Under the pieces are notes generated by a model. It saw only the letters and a program-made list of their open reading frames with translations. It was not told the DNA's origin and searched no databases. The translations under genes were made by a program, and so were the position numbers. From Klebsormidium nitens (Eukaryota; Plantae; Klebsormidiophyceae), in NCBI GenBank assembly GCA_000708835.1, contig DF237754.1:1-32374 (forward strand): a stretch of 32,374 nt of DNA, read 5' to 3'. Below are positions 12,085-23,962 of this stretch, piece after piece. How positions within the stretch are numbered: the stretch's first letter is position 1; each line of letters starts with the position of its first letter.

Positions 12085-12560
12085 GGCGCCACGTGGGCCC
12101 CCCCTGCCGGTGTCCCTGCAAACCACTTGAAGTTCGCCATAAAAACCAGCCGCGCGATGGGCGCCACCTGTTCCCCCTGGCCCGACTCCGCAGCAAACCA
12201 TTTGAAGTTTCATCATAAAAACCAGCCGCGCAATGGCCGCCGCGTGTCCCCCCGGGCCCGGGACCCCAGCAAACCATTTGAAGTTTCAACCAGCCGCGCA
12301 ATGGCCGCCGCATGTCCCCCCGGGCCCGGGACCCCAGCAAACCATTTGAAGTTTCACCATAAAAACCAGCCGCGCAATGGGCGCCACGTGTCCCCCCAGG
12401 CCCGGGACTTCAGCAAACCATTTGAAGTTCAGCATAGAAACCAGCCGCGCGAAAGGCGCCACCTGTTCCCCCTGGCCCGACTCCTGCAGCAAACCAAATG
12501 AAATCACACAAAAATCAGCCGCGCGATGGCCGCCACCTGTTCCCCCCTCCCCGCGACCCC
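12085..12560. repeat. GC-rich tandem repeat, about six units of ~72-76 bp
   Basis: CAGCCGCGC-(G/A)ATGG-type motif recurs near 12145, 12220, 12290, 12365, 12440 and 12515, mostly preceded by CAAACCA(T/C)TTGAAGTT. Confidence 0.85.
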
Positions 12561-15500
12561 GCCGACTCCCGGCGTCCCGCTGTCGAATGACGGCGAAGCA
12601 TGGAATTCTATTCAGGTGTTATTCCAGAGCGTACGATCGTCAGGAGTCGCCCTCGCTACAGGACAATTTTGTGCGGCCGGCTCGCTCCCATGCCTACCTA
12701 CCAACTAACCATCAGCTCAACGGCATAAAATCTGCCAGCCACAAACCGCCACGTGCCCCCCCCTTCCCTCGATGCTCGCTGCCGCGCCGCGCTAGGGTCG
12801 CCCCCGATAGCCACAGTGTCAGTGCAGGTCAGTACCGCTAACCGTCGTCCGCTAACCAGCCTCTAACCATGGTCGCAGTCATGAGGTTTTGCCGTCCGAC
12901 AAAAAACTTTGCCGTCCGATCGCGAGCAGCGCGCGCAGGTTCAGCAGTCATTGACTGAGACACTGACTCAGTGAGGCCGGGAAGTCACTGCCGCAGTGCC
13001 ACGGTGACAGCTGTCATTCAGGCCACGCTGGCTTGGCCGTCCGATCGTGTCACTCGGAAAAAGAAAGGACACGTGACCGTCGATAAATCCTCAGGAAGTT
13101 GCAGAATATGAAACTTGGCGGGCCGGCTGGCGGCTCGGCATGCAGTCTAGCTCAGCAGGCTCTGCAGGTTCTGGAAGCTTTCGTCTGAGTCAGCACTCAG
13201 TCGGAAGCTAAGAAGCTTCTTACAGCATATTATTACCAGACAGAAGAACGAATAAACGCATCCACGTAAGCAGAAGAGAGCAAGGAGAGGTGCCTGGCTA
13301 GCCTGTACTTGAAACACTGGTCTGACTGGTGGGTGGCCATTTCCATTCATCCCAAAGTTGAGCGATTTCCTGCAGACCTCTTTTCATTACTTTCTATCAT
13401 TTCAGTCCCTCTCAGCTGAAAGCTAGCACTTTCAAGCCCATGGGCATGTTGCTTCCTTAATAATTGGCCCTACCGTAGTGGTGCCAGCAGCATTTGCAGC
13501 CAGGCTGCAAACGCTGACAGTGTGCTCACAAGCGTCCAGCAGCTGAAGCTGCCAGTGGCTGCGAGCGACAACTCTTCTCCATCAGCCTGGGTTGGCATCA
13601 AACCCCAGGAGGCTGCCGTGGCCCTCGGCCCTTGAAAAGGTGAGTACGTTCTTATTCTTTAAGGACACAGGGCGGGCTGCTCGGTTGGCAGCCCAAACTG
13701 CACATGCTTCTGATGAGACTGGCATAGTGCTCAAGAGCTGGCTGCTAAGCGGTCTAAGTGGGATCCAAGCTATATAAGCTCGATTATGTTGGCAACCCTA
13801 GCCAGCTCGCGCTGGTTTGAGCCAGCTAGCAGGCGCAAGTCTGAGCTCGGAATGCCCCTTGGAAGTGGTGTGCTTCACTGATCTTCAAGCCCGGGCTGGC
13901 AGGCAGCATGCATGCACCAATAGTGCATCTCCTCCTTTTTCAGCTCATTCTTCGTACTCCAGAGCTGATAAAGTGAAGCGTTCCAGGAGGGTCTGTCCAA
14001 CTTCGTCCATGCAGATTGTTTGCCCAGGCTGTCCAAGGTGTTCGAGCTCTGGCCAAGCTTTCTTTCATCGATTGGAATGCTGACGTTATCTACACCTCAA
14101 CTTAGACCTGCATATATGGACCCGGGCCAAACAGTCCCAGTATATTATAAGGGGTTCTGATCAAAGTGCTGACATCATGCAATCGGAACTATGACTATTT
14201 AAGTGGAGTATCTGAGTGGGGTCTGTCCAAGCGGTCTCTTGAGTGGTTGTCGTTGACCATACAAATCGTCTGGCACGCCCCTGGCCACACGCTGTTCAGG
14301 GTGTCCAAGCTCGGGGCAGAAAGTTCGATCATCCGAATTGCTGACGTCAACAGCCTCCCAACAGCCCGAGTACAGTGGCGTAAAGAGCCTTATCTACTGC
14401 TGACTTCAGTGTTGCTATGATTGATTGTGTGGTGAACCCAAGTCTCGAGTTCTTTCTTGAGGATTGAGCATGGCAGGGAGCCTCACCGTAATGCTCCCTA
14501 TTCTCAATGTATGCAGCGATGGTCTTGACGACTCGGTGGTAGCGTCAGAAGCCACCAAGGGGCTCCATTAGTTGGAGTGACCAGGGCGCATTCGGCTCCA
14601 GCCTCAGCCTCCGCATTTGCTGCAAGTGCGCCTGATCATGAGTGATAGGACGAACATGGAGAGCAGAGAAGGAGACTCCGAACATATGGAGGACTCACAA
14701 ATGGAGGTGAGTCTAGGTGAATGCAGCCTTGCATTTTGGCATTCCTAGACTCGTGACTGGCCCAATTTCCCGCTAAAGTTCACCGTTCGCTTCATTTCTC
14801 ATCTGATAGATCGTGCATATGGGATCCTAAGCATACGCAATCAGTTATAGCTTTAGAATTCATTGCAAAGTTCTGCCGTGAGTGTTGGTGTGTCATGCAA
14901 CCTCATCTTGCCAGGTTGTTGTCTTAGAGCTGCTGTCGGCTGATCTGCAAGCTGTTTCGAGATGGTGGTATGAGTGGTTACCCAGATGTTCAGAGCTGTC
15001 GCTAATGGCAGCTGTTGAAAGTTGCTTACGGACTGTGTGCACCCGTGGCACGAGTTTCTGGGCGACAGATCACGTGCAGGCTGATCAACCCTGCTGTTTG
15101 GGGTACTATTTGCACGTGCAGTGGACATATTAGGCAGGCTTCTTATTTGCAGCGGGACAGGTTGTGTCAAGGTGCCTCTCGCTATCGTTTGGCATCGAAA
15201 TCTTGACTGGAAGCCGGGTTTCTCAGGTCTGCAGACAAGCCTGATCAAGCCTGACTAGATCAGATCTGCCAAGCCTTATCTGATCAGATGTACGTGGCGT
15301 GCAACTCTGAGAATGATGGATACTTCTTGCCGCACAGCGGACAGAAAGGTTTTGTACTCTGTTCAGCCAAACAGGGGCATGGCATACTGCAATTCTTAAG
15401 ACTTGCACGTTGAAGGATTCTTCTTGGAAGTGGCCTGTGAACCTCAGGTTCAAACACATCCGTATCACGAACGCGTTGTGAATTCCAATGGACTTATCCC

Positions 15501-16347
15501 AGACGACGCTTCTGCTAATGCGGATTCGTTCGAAGTCGAGTCAGAATTTTCGAAAAAGCTTGATTGACGGTACGATCAAAGTGCTCTGCTGATACGAAAG
15601 CATATTTTTTTATCTTTCGAAGGAACGTTTATGCAATCCAAGACGTTTATCTTGATTGAATGTGTCTTCTCTCTTTCTACCAGGAGAATGACAACACGAG
15701 CATCGAATCAGACTCCGATGGAGAGGATATTGAGGACGCGGAGTTCAACCGCGAGGAAGAATCTTCCGACGAGGAGACCTCGCAGGATCGCCAGTTTCTG
15801 GACGACTCATCGCAACCTCCCATCGCCCCGGTCTCAGAGTGCGCTCGGATGGACGCGGAGCTTGGGCAGTCGGACACGGAGTCGCCAGATCGATTCCAGG
15901 GGGGGCGCAAGCGCACCAAACGCATTGACGACAGCGATGACAGCGCAGAGCCCCCGCCCCTCAGGACAAGCCGGCTTAGAGTCACGTTGCCGTCCGACTC
16001 GTCATCGTCGTCTGACGAGGACGTGCAAGAGGCAGGTGAAGCCACTGAGTCGAGCCCTGAGGTCGGAGACCGGTCTGCCACGTCGAGCGAGTGGGGCGAC
16101 CGTCCTGATGACGACGATCCTACGTGGGATTGGGACGATGAGGGGGATTCGGAGGAGCTGCGCGAGTTCTTTGGGGTCTGCCGCATCGATCTCGGGTTCG
16201 AGCTTAATCGCACGGAGTCGCAACAGGTACGCTCGCTCTCTGCAATTGTAGCTTCTGCTTGCTATATCTGAAAGTTGTTCAAGCTGTACCTCTTAGCGCT
16301 CCCTTCAAGAGTGTAGATCCGGATTCATCAACCGACCGCAAACAAGT

Positions 16348-16765
16348 TGTCCAAGTGTCCAAGGTTTTGCCAAACTCTTTTGGGGGAACATTCTGCTGAC
16401 GTCATTGCAACAGTTTATTGACGACACGTCAACAAAGTCAGGACAATGAGACAATCTAGATATCTGCCTCAGTGTCTTGATGCTGCCGTCACTTTCTTCA
16501 GAGGACAACCTAGGTTCGATACACTGTCCACATGTCCAAGGTTTTACCAAACTTTCTGGGGGGATTTCTTTGCCGACGTCAGCGCTCCAGTTCCTCAACG
16601 GCTCTTCTGCAGAATCCGGCCCACCGGACGGTCCATATAATTGCTTACGCTTTGGCGTTCCGAGTGCTTTCGACAGTTCCTTTCAGAGACGAGGCTCGAT
16701 ACAACTGTGTCCATGTGTCCAAGGTTTTACCAAACTTTCCAGGGAGATTTCTTTTGCTGACGTCA
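16348..16765 (+). repeat. Three dispersed bipartite TGTCCAAG-dimer/TGACGTCA elements in intron 16227-16847
   Basis: Dimers start at 16348, 16525 and 16708; (T/C)GACGTCA starts at 16397, 16574 and 16758 (offsets 49, 49, 50). Confidence 0.8.
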
Positions 16766-19159
16766 CCTTTTCTTCCGGCAGTGGGGCATACTTGAGTGCC
16801 TTCGATCAAGAGCAGGCTGATCTAAAATCCCTCTCTTCTCCCTGCAGAGACCGAGCCCATCTATCGAAGATTCTGTACCGGCAATCGATCCCGTCCTGGC
16901 CGCCGCTTCTGCACCGGCAATCGACCCTGTCCTGGCCGCCGCTCATCATTTCCACAGCCTCGGCGTTGTAACAGTCACCCACGACCTTTTCGAGAAGAAG
17001 TTTCCAAACGGTCAAGTCCGGAAGCAGCCGTGCAACTGGGGCTCCGAGTCCAAGCCTTGGAAGGAGGCAAACCTCGGCAACTGCCTCCAGGAGTTCGCCA
17101 AGTCGGGGCGCAACTCCATTGCCATCATCACGGAGCAATCGGACATCTATGCCCTCGACGTTGACGACAAGGACGGGGGCTTTGAAGCACTCGAGCAAAT
17201 GCTCGAGGAGCATGGAGGGTTTCTGGAGGACACGCCCCGAGTACTGACGGGGAATGGGGGGGTGCACATCCTCTTCTCTCTGTCTCTGTCCGAGAAGGCC
17301 GGCCTGTGCAACTCCGGCAACAAGGCAAAGATTCGGTACAAGGGCAAAGCGGTAGGCATCGACGTCCGTGGAAGGGGAGGAATGCTGTACACCGCACCCA
17401 GCAGCTACACAGGCCTCGACGGCACGCTGCGCTGCTACAAGTGGGACCACGAGATTCTGCCCGACCGCTCCAACCTCCGAGCCGCGCCGGACTGGCTCAT
17501 CTGCATCCTAAACGGCAGTGATGGACCGCCAAGCGGGAGTGCGGCGGTGCGTCAGGACGAGAACGGGGCCCGGTACGCTCAATTTCCCTTGTGCCCCCAC
17601 AAGATGACGATTCTGGTTACATGACATCCAAGAAACTTGATTGCCTGATTGAATATTGTGGGTCCCAATCATCAAGCGATCTGAGCAAAGCTAAGATGCG
17701 TCGAGAAGTACTGGCGCTTTCCTTGATGTATATAGAAACCAACTGAATTATTTATAGCGCTCTTCGAAGATGGTGCAGACGCTAAGGTAGCCGGGTCTGG
17801 GTTTCAGGGTCACTGGTTCGAAACCTTCAACGACTCTGGTCTTTTCCCTTTTTGGGCGACCACTACATCCACAGTATATGGAAAAGTTTGCGAATAGAAG
17901 TTCAGTGCAGTGATCTTGGCGCAGAGGCTAGAGTAGTGGACCTGTGTAATAAAGGTCACTGGCTCGAGCCTTCGAGGAAATCAATCCTCGATGTGTCCAG
18001 CCTTTTTGCTCAGCGAATGTGCAGGCCACCTTCTGACTTCGGGAACCAAGAATATCGAAGCAGCCCGTTTTGGATGGCAAGACCAACAAGTTTCTACCTA
18101 GAACAGAATCAGATTCGACAGCTTGGTCGAGCTTTCGAGTCAGTCGAACTTGGATCAGAATTCTCCTGCCCCTTCTTAACGCACAGTAAGAGCAATGAAG
18201 CTTGCTATTGTTGAGATCAGGCTCCACTGCAACGGAAATACCCAGATTCGGCATGACAAATCGGCGTCAGCATGCAATCGTCTGCTTTTCCAGTCACCTA
18301 TCCATGATGATGCCAGCAAGTTTGTTTATGTACGTAACGAGCTTCTAGACTGATACTAATTGCTTCATCCCTCGGCCTGCTCTATACATTCTAGGCCTAA
18401 TTCAGCCGGTCTAAGGCATGCTTCTGCTCACGCAATCTGTTCTTGTAAACACGATTACAGCCGTATGTCTTCTGGCTCTGAGATCGAAATATTATCTTGT
18501 TCTCCTGTGCAGGGGCTCGCAGGCTGTACCTTTCGGACCTCCTCGTCCTGTCGAAGGCCCTCAGCCAACTCCCCCAGCAGCGGTCTTGGAGCGCGTCAAG
18601 GCCTGTGTGGCTGCCACGGGCGACACCGCCTCCAGCTTCGATCGCCTCAAGATGGGCGACAGCGGGCCAATGTACGTCTTCCGGGTGGCTGGCCCGCGTT
18701 GCTGCCCGTACGGCAACCACCACAATGGTTCCAACAACTTCTCCGTGCTCGTGCGCAAGAAGGATCTGCTCTATTACTGCAACAGCTCGGAGTGCCAAGG
18801 GGTCCGCCCTCTGCTCAAGATCGGGGAGCTCACGCGCTCAGAGGCGGTGATTGAGGCGAGACCCGGGCTTTCAGTACTGATGACGTCAGCGCGATCAACG
18901 GCCTGCACAAGACATTCGTGGACGCCTGGGCCTTCGAAGGAGACGTGGGCGGCAGCAAGATTGTCGCTGAGATGTACGCAAGCTGCAGCAGGTGAGAACT
19001 TTACGAGATACACAAGAAGTCACTGAAGCAAGACGTTTAGAGGGCCTTTCAGAACGTCGACGGCTCATGGAGAGCACACGCCAGCCCTGGAACGGATCTT
19101 CTGGTAGTGCTCTGTCAGCGGCGGTCTGATGTCATTCGAAAGGGTCCCGTCTTAGCGTG

Positions 19160-19299
19160 TGTCCAAGTGTCCAAAGTCTACCACCAACTTTCCGCGACCA
19201 TCGATTGCTGACGTCATCGAAAATTTTCGGCCAGTCTCCGGTTGTCCGGGTGTCCAAGGTTCATTGCACACTTCTCGCGGCCGCCGGATGCTGACGTCA
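19160..19299 (+). repeat. Two bipartite TGTCCAAG-dimer/TGACGTCA elements in intron 18992-19471
   Basis: Dimers start at 19160 and 19243; TGACGTCA starts at 19209 and 19292 (offset 49 in both). Confidence 0.8.
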
Positions 19300-21760
19300 T
19301 CATCGTGCTCTGAGGCCGTGTTGGAAACACTTTCAACCGCCAATCTGAACTGTTGGGACACGAAACTGGAAACGCAGAAATGATAGACCTTCTACGAACG
19401 CTGTCGAGACTCGTGTGAATCAAGATCTTACTTTTCTTACAAGGGCATATCGTATATCTGCTCTTCTGCAGGCTGCGTTTCGATGGAGAAAGCTGGTGGT
19501 ATTGGAATGGGAGGCGCTTCGTGCGCGACGAGAAGAGCGCCTTCTATGTGAAGAACGTGCTCATCAATCAGCTCAGGACCGTCTACGCGCGGGTGAGGGA
19601 CGAGTGGAAGGCATCTATCGAGAGAAACACCGACGAGAAGGAGCAAGAGGCGTTGATGGAGCAGCTCAAGCGCCTGCGCACCTACAACAACAGCCGAAAA
19701 ATCACCAGTACGCTGGAACTCCTCCGCGGGGAGTTGGTCGATTTCGACTTTGCTCAGCAGCTGGATGCAGATCCGGACATCTTGAACGTAAAGAATGGAG
19801 TGCTCCTTCTGAGGACCGGCGAGCTCGATGTGCACCGGCCCCAGTACATGTGCTCCAAGATCGCGGAGACGGACTTCATGGTAAGCTGCCTATGCTGATT
19901 CAAAGAAACCCGAGCAACTTGCTTCTTTGACTAGCTAACACGCAACGAGAGCTGGCGGACCGTTCATGGAAGATGCTTTCTGTCTAATCACAAGAATCCG
20001 AGCGTTGACAGCTGCACGCGGGCTTTGCCATTGAATCCTCTAACAGCTTCCGAGTCATGTGTTTCCGTCTTGGCACTAGTGTGCATACTTTAGGATGCTT
20101 GAAGACGTGCTGTGATGCCATTTCTCTTGCGCTCAGGAAGGCAAGGAGTTGACTCGTTCCATCCATCAAGTGTGCCGATCACTTCTTGCAGGGGATGGAG
20201 TTTCCCACTCCGCGCATGGACGCCTTTATAGGCGACATCTTCAACCACGACGCTGAGCTGGTCGACTACGTACGGAAGCTGTTCGGCTACGCCCTCAATG
20301 GCCATACGCGGGAGGAGGTCTTCGTGCTCTTGCTCGGAAAGGGAGGTAAAGTCACTATCTTCTTGGTCTTGGATGCAAGACCTAGTGGAAGTGTGCAAGT
20401 AAAAATCCGGGGAGTTCCAGATGCCTCCAATCTTACATTGAGGTACGTGCTTCTCCAGCGCCGCGGGCGTCGGATCTGGCGATGTGGGAAAGAAGTCGAT
20501 CAACCACTGCTCCTGCATATTGGCCTAACAATTGACATGATTCTACAAGCTGGTCTTGAGCATCAACCCACATGGACGAACCGCGGTTGCTTCTCGGTGG
20601 GGCCGGTCCAACACTCACTTATTGCCGATACCTCAACCTGATCTTGTGCATTAATCCTTCTGCAGGAAATGGAAAGGGTGCCCTGAAGGAGATGCTGCAA
20701 GCTGTGGCCGGTGATTACTACGGCACCATGTCCAAGGACGCGGTTGTTACGGCACCTGGCCAGAGGGCCCCCTCTAAGAACGCGCCTACAAACTACCTTT
20801 ACGAGTTGATGGGCAAGCGGCTTGCAATCACTGACGAGACGGCGGAGGGGGAGCAAGTGGACCTCGGTCTCGTCTTGGCGGTGACGGAGGGCGGCTCAAT
20901 AAAAGCGCGGTGCCTCTACATTAACAACGTCGAGTTTGTTGTTACGCACACACCGTTTGTGCAGACAAATTACCCTCCTGTGATCTCCGCGACAGCGATC
21001 TTGGACAACGTCGAGCGCCGACTGCGAGCGATCCCGTTCCCCAACACCTACGTTAGAGCAAACGCTTTTGACCCCACGAACGCAACCCACCGCCTCAGAG
21101 ACGACAACTTGAAGGGACGCATGAAGGAAGAGGAGTCGCGTCGGCAGATCCTTACTTGGTTAGCGCGCGGCTCGGTGGAGTGGTACGCCAGTGCAGAGGG
21201 ACTTGGTTCTCCCCCCAAGGCCGTGAAGGATGCAACGGACGAGTACCTGCGTGAAGCGGACAAATTCCAGCTGTTCATCGACCAACACTGCGAGGTCGGA
21301 GAAGGATTGTCGACACTGCAGGCCGAATTCGCGGCCTGCTATGCGCAGTATTCCACCGAGAGGATCTCGTATGAGGAGTTGAGGAGGAGGATGGATACGA
21401 AAGGATTCAAGAGGGCCAAGAACAATGATTCGCCACGGCAGTTCTACTATCCGAGGATTAGGTGCTCTTACACTACTTAATACGATTTGTTGCTTGTGCA
21501 GTTCAAGAAAGATGGTAACGACAAAGTGGCTAGCGATGCAAGCCGGACATTGGACGAGCTTCGTATTCTCTTGTTACACTAGTAGGACTCCATTTGTACA
21601 TTCTCCGCAAGAGTTGTGATTGGCACTTGTTGAATTGAATCAATGTGTAATGACGATACTTGTATCGTCGAGGCTCAACAACCACGATCCCGTTCAACGA
21701 TTGCCATGATGATGTTATCAACAGATGTGTCGATTGAAAGTTTCTGCTTGGCCTGATGAA

Positions 21761-22243
21761 TGACGTCAGCGATTCATGACCATGAAAAGTTTGTGCCGGA
21801 GCTTGGACACTTGGACAGTCGTGAGCCGGAGACAGGCCCGCGCTCTGATGACGTCAGCGATGAGCGCCCGCGAAAACTTTGTGCCGGAACTTGGACACTT
21901 GGACACCGCTGATCCGAGGCATGCCCGCGCTCGGATTCGGACGTCAGCCGTGAGCGACCGGAAAAAGTTTTGCACCCGAGCTTGGACACTTGGACAGTCT
22001 CAAGCCGAGACAGGCCCGCGCACCGATGACGTCAGCGATGAGCGACCGCAAAAAGTTTTTGCGCCAGAGCTTGGACACTTGGACACCGCGAAGCCGAGAC
22101 GGCCCCTGGCTCCGATGACGTCAGTGACGAGCGACCAGACCTTGGACACTTGGACAGTTTCAAGCCGAGACAGGACCGCGCTCCGATGACGTCAGCAATG
22201 AGCGACCGCGAAAAGTTTGTGCCAAAGCTTGGACACTTGGACA
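21761..22243 (-). repeat. Array A: six ~88-bp bipartite units, reverse orientation
   Basis: CTTGGACACTTGGACA at 21802, 21890, 21981, 22070, 22141 and 22228, each preceded by TGACGTCA or a one-base variant. Confidence 0.95.
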
Positions 22244-22384
22244 ATTTCTGCACTCAATCGGGCACCGGCACATGCAACAGGATTGATTGCTCGCAAGCAC
22301 GCATTGATGCAGGATCGATACACGGTCAATATCAATGCATGTAGCCACGGTCACAAGGTTATGTTTGCAGTGGCTCGAGCGTCT

Positions 22385-23782
22385 CTAGTTCGTATCTCGC
22401 GCTACGTATCGCTTGTACGCCTTGGAGTTCTTAAACCTGGGCTCAAGATTCTCCTCAATCCATCTCCTCCGGGACTCTTCTAGCTCTCGATGCGCGCGCT
22501 CTAGTTCCGTCTTATATCTTCCAAAGTCCAGAAGATATTTGCGGTACTCATTGATGAGTGCGCATTCTTCGTTCATCCATGCCTTCCACGGCATGCCGCC
22601 AGATTTTTGGGCGATGAAGCCGGGTTTAAATCGCCTGTCGTACAAAGGGCCAAAGAGCTCCGTAGCGTAGCGAGCCATCGTCTCGTCTCGGTTCAAGCCG
22701 CCAACCGTGGAGCACGCAAAATGCTCGACGAATGTTTGCAGGGTCTTTGCTCTCGCCTCCTGCTGCAAAAAGAAAAATGTTGATGCTGCGGCCAGAATGC
22801 GAGATACGGTGCCGCCTCGACTTGGCAACCAAAAACGTCGATAGATGCACGCATATTGGTGATAGTGTGCACGCCGTTGGTGAATGGAACATTGCTGACT
22901 TTTACTTGCCCCCTTGCCGTGCACGATTGCTGCTCCATTCATTGAGGATGGATGTACATAGATCGTTTTCCAGTTGTTTAGAATTTTGAGCAATGTACAT
23001 CAATTACTAGAAATGTACACGAAAATCTGTCTAAAATATTGAGTGATGTACATCAATCACTAAAAATGTACACGAATCTCTGTCCAATCTGTCCAAAATA
23101 TTGAGTGATGTACATTAATCCACAAAAATGTACACGATTTTCTGTCCAAAGAGGAATATTGTTGGTCCTATGGCAAAATCGGCTGACTTGATGCTAGTAT
23201 CACCCTCCGTTGCTAGATATGGCTTGCGCTACGTACCTCAACCTTGTCAGGGTGGAAGTGCAGTGACCAAGTCTTATGGTGTAATACAATCTCGCCGCGA
23301 TCGAACATCTCCCAAGCTTTGCTCGGAAGAAGCTCGGCATCCGCGATGAGCCACGACAGGGGCGGTCGCACATACGTTGGTGCCTTTGGCATGGGTGGAG
23401 CGGGGATCGCGTTGCGAGCCATGATGCGGTACCTCGCCATATGCCGTGTTCTAAAGACAGCGCGTTCTCCATCAAGAGTGCGTCGATACTTTGAAACCGC
23501 AGCGTTGTTGCTTTGGCGCTTCAACTGACGAAAAGCTTCGGACTCCAAGCCGCAATATTTCGAGGGCGCACGATCGCTCGGAAGCTTGTAAGGCTCGCAT
23601 CCCATCCTCTCTCGGTGACCTTCCAAAGCTTGCTTCGACATGAAGCTCTTGTTGCAAATCTCGGATCCATCTTCACGGTGCCGTTCGAGGCAAATGAAGC
23701 ATCTTCCGTCCCGCTTCCAAAGCAGTGACGAAGCCGTAGTCGTTGATGCTGCGGCAACATCTGGTGGACTAACGGCAGACAT
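22385..23782 (-). CDS. Two-exon protein (~307 aa; exons 23782-23237 and 22762-22385) with a C2HC zinc finger, bZIP-like basic region, J-domain-like HPD motif and C-terminal helical region
   Basis: C-x11-C-NKSF-MSKQA-L-EG-H-x5-C; KRQSNNAAVSKYRR (N-x7-R); EIVLHHKTWSLHFHPDK aligns without gaps to the DnaJ consensus EIKKAYRKLALKYHPDK. Donor GAG|GTACGT and acceptor TTTTTGCAG|CAG are both phase 0, and the spliced frame is open. Confidence 0.65.
22986..23150. repeat. AT-rich ~52-62-bp tandem repeat (three copies) in the intron of the ZnF/bZIP-like gene
   Basis: TTGAG(C/T)(A/G)ATGTACAT(C/T)AAT...AAATGTACACGA..TCTGTC(C/T)AA repeated from ~22986, ~23039 and ~23101. Confidence 0.8.
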
Positions 23783-23962
23783 GATAAACTTTCAGCCGAG
23801 GATGATCGTAGAGAGGGCGCTCGACGAGCCCTAAACCGATCCAGCAGCAGTGACGATCCTAAATCGAACAAAGAGGGCGCCTTCAAATAGATGAATGCCA
23901 TTGTAAATCTAGATCAAGGTCGATCTGTCTTTCGATTTCTAAAGCCGTCGCGATTCACCACG

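Larger units (their letters stand above)
14656..21480 (+). pseudogene. Primase-helicase 2: acidic N-terminus + Prim-Pol + Zn-ribbon + D5/P4-family SF3 helicase. Spliced, one frameshift. Exons (14656-14706 tentative), 15684-16226, 16848-17572, 18513-18991, 19472-19880, 20192-20345, 20665-21480.
   Basis: IYALDVDD, VLTGNGGVHILF, GIDVRGRGGMLYTAPS; Zn cluster RCCPYGNHHNGSNNF..YYCNSSEC; WWYWNGRRF; ILNVKNGVLLLRTGEL; Walker A GKGG|NGKG split by an intron; RLAITDE; FVQTNYPP; ERRLRAIPF. Splice phases all match (0,0,2,2,0,1). A -1 frameshift lies at ~18857, where adding one G restores EAETRAFSTDD. Confidence 0.85.

Noticed and set aside
13150-15600. Scattered splice-like signals and short ORFs
   Set aside because: No coherent exon chain could be built apart from the tentative 14656-14706 exon.
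17785-17830. tRNA/SINE-like B-box GGTTCGAAACC (17815-17825) in an intron
   Set aside because: There is no convincing A-box or cloverleaf, so no tRNA is called.
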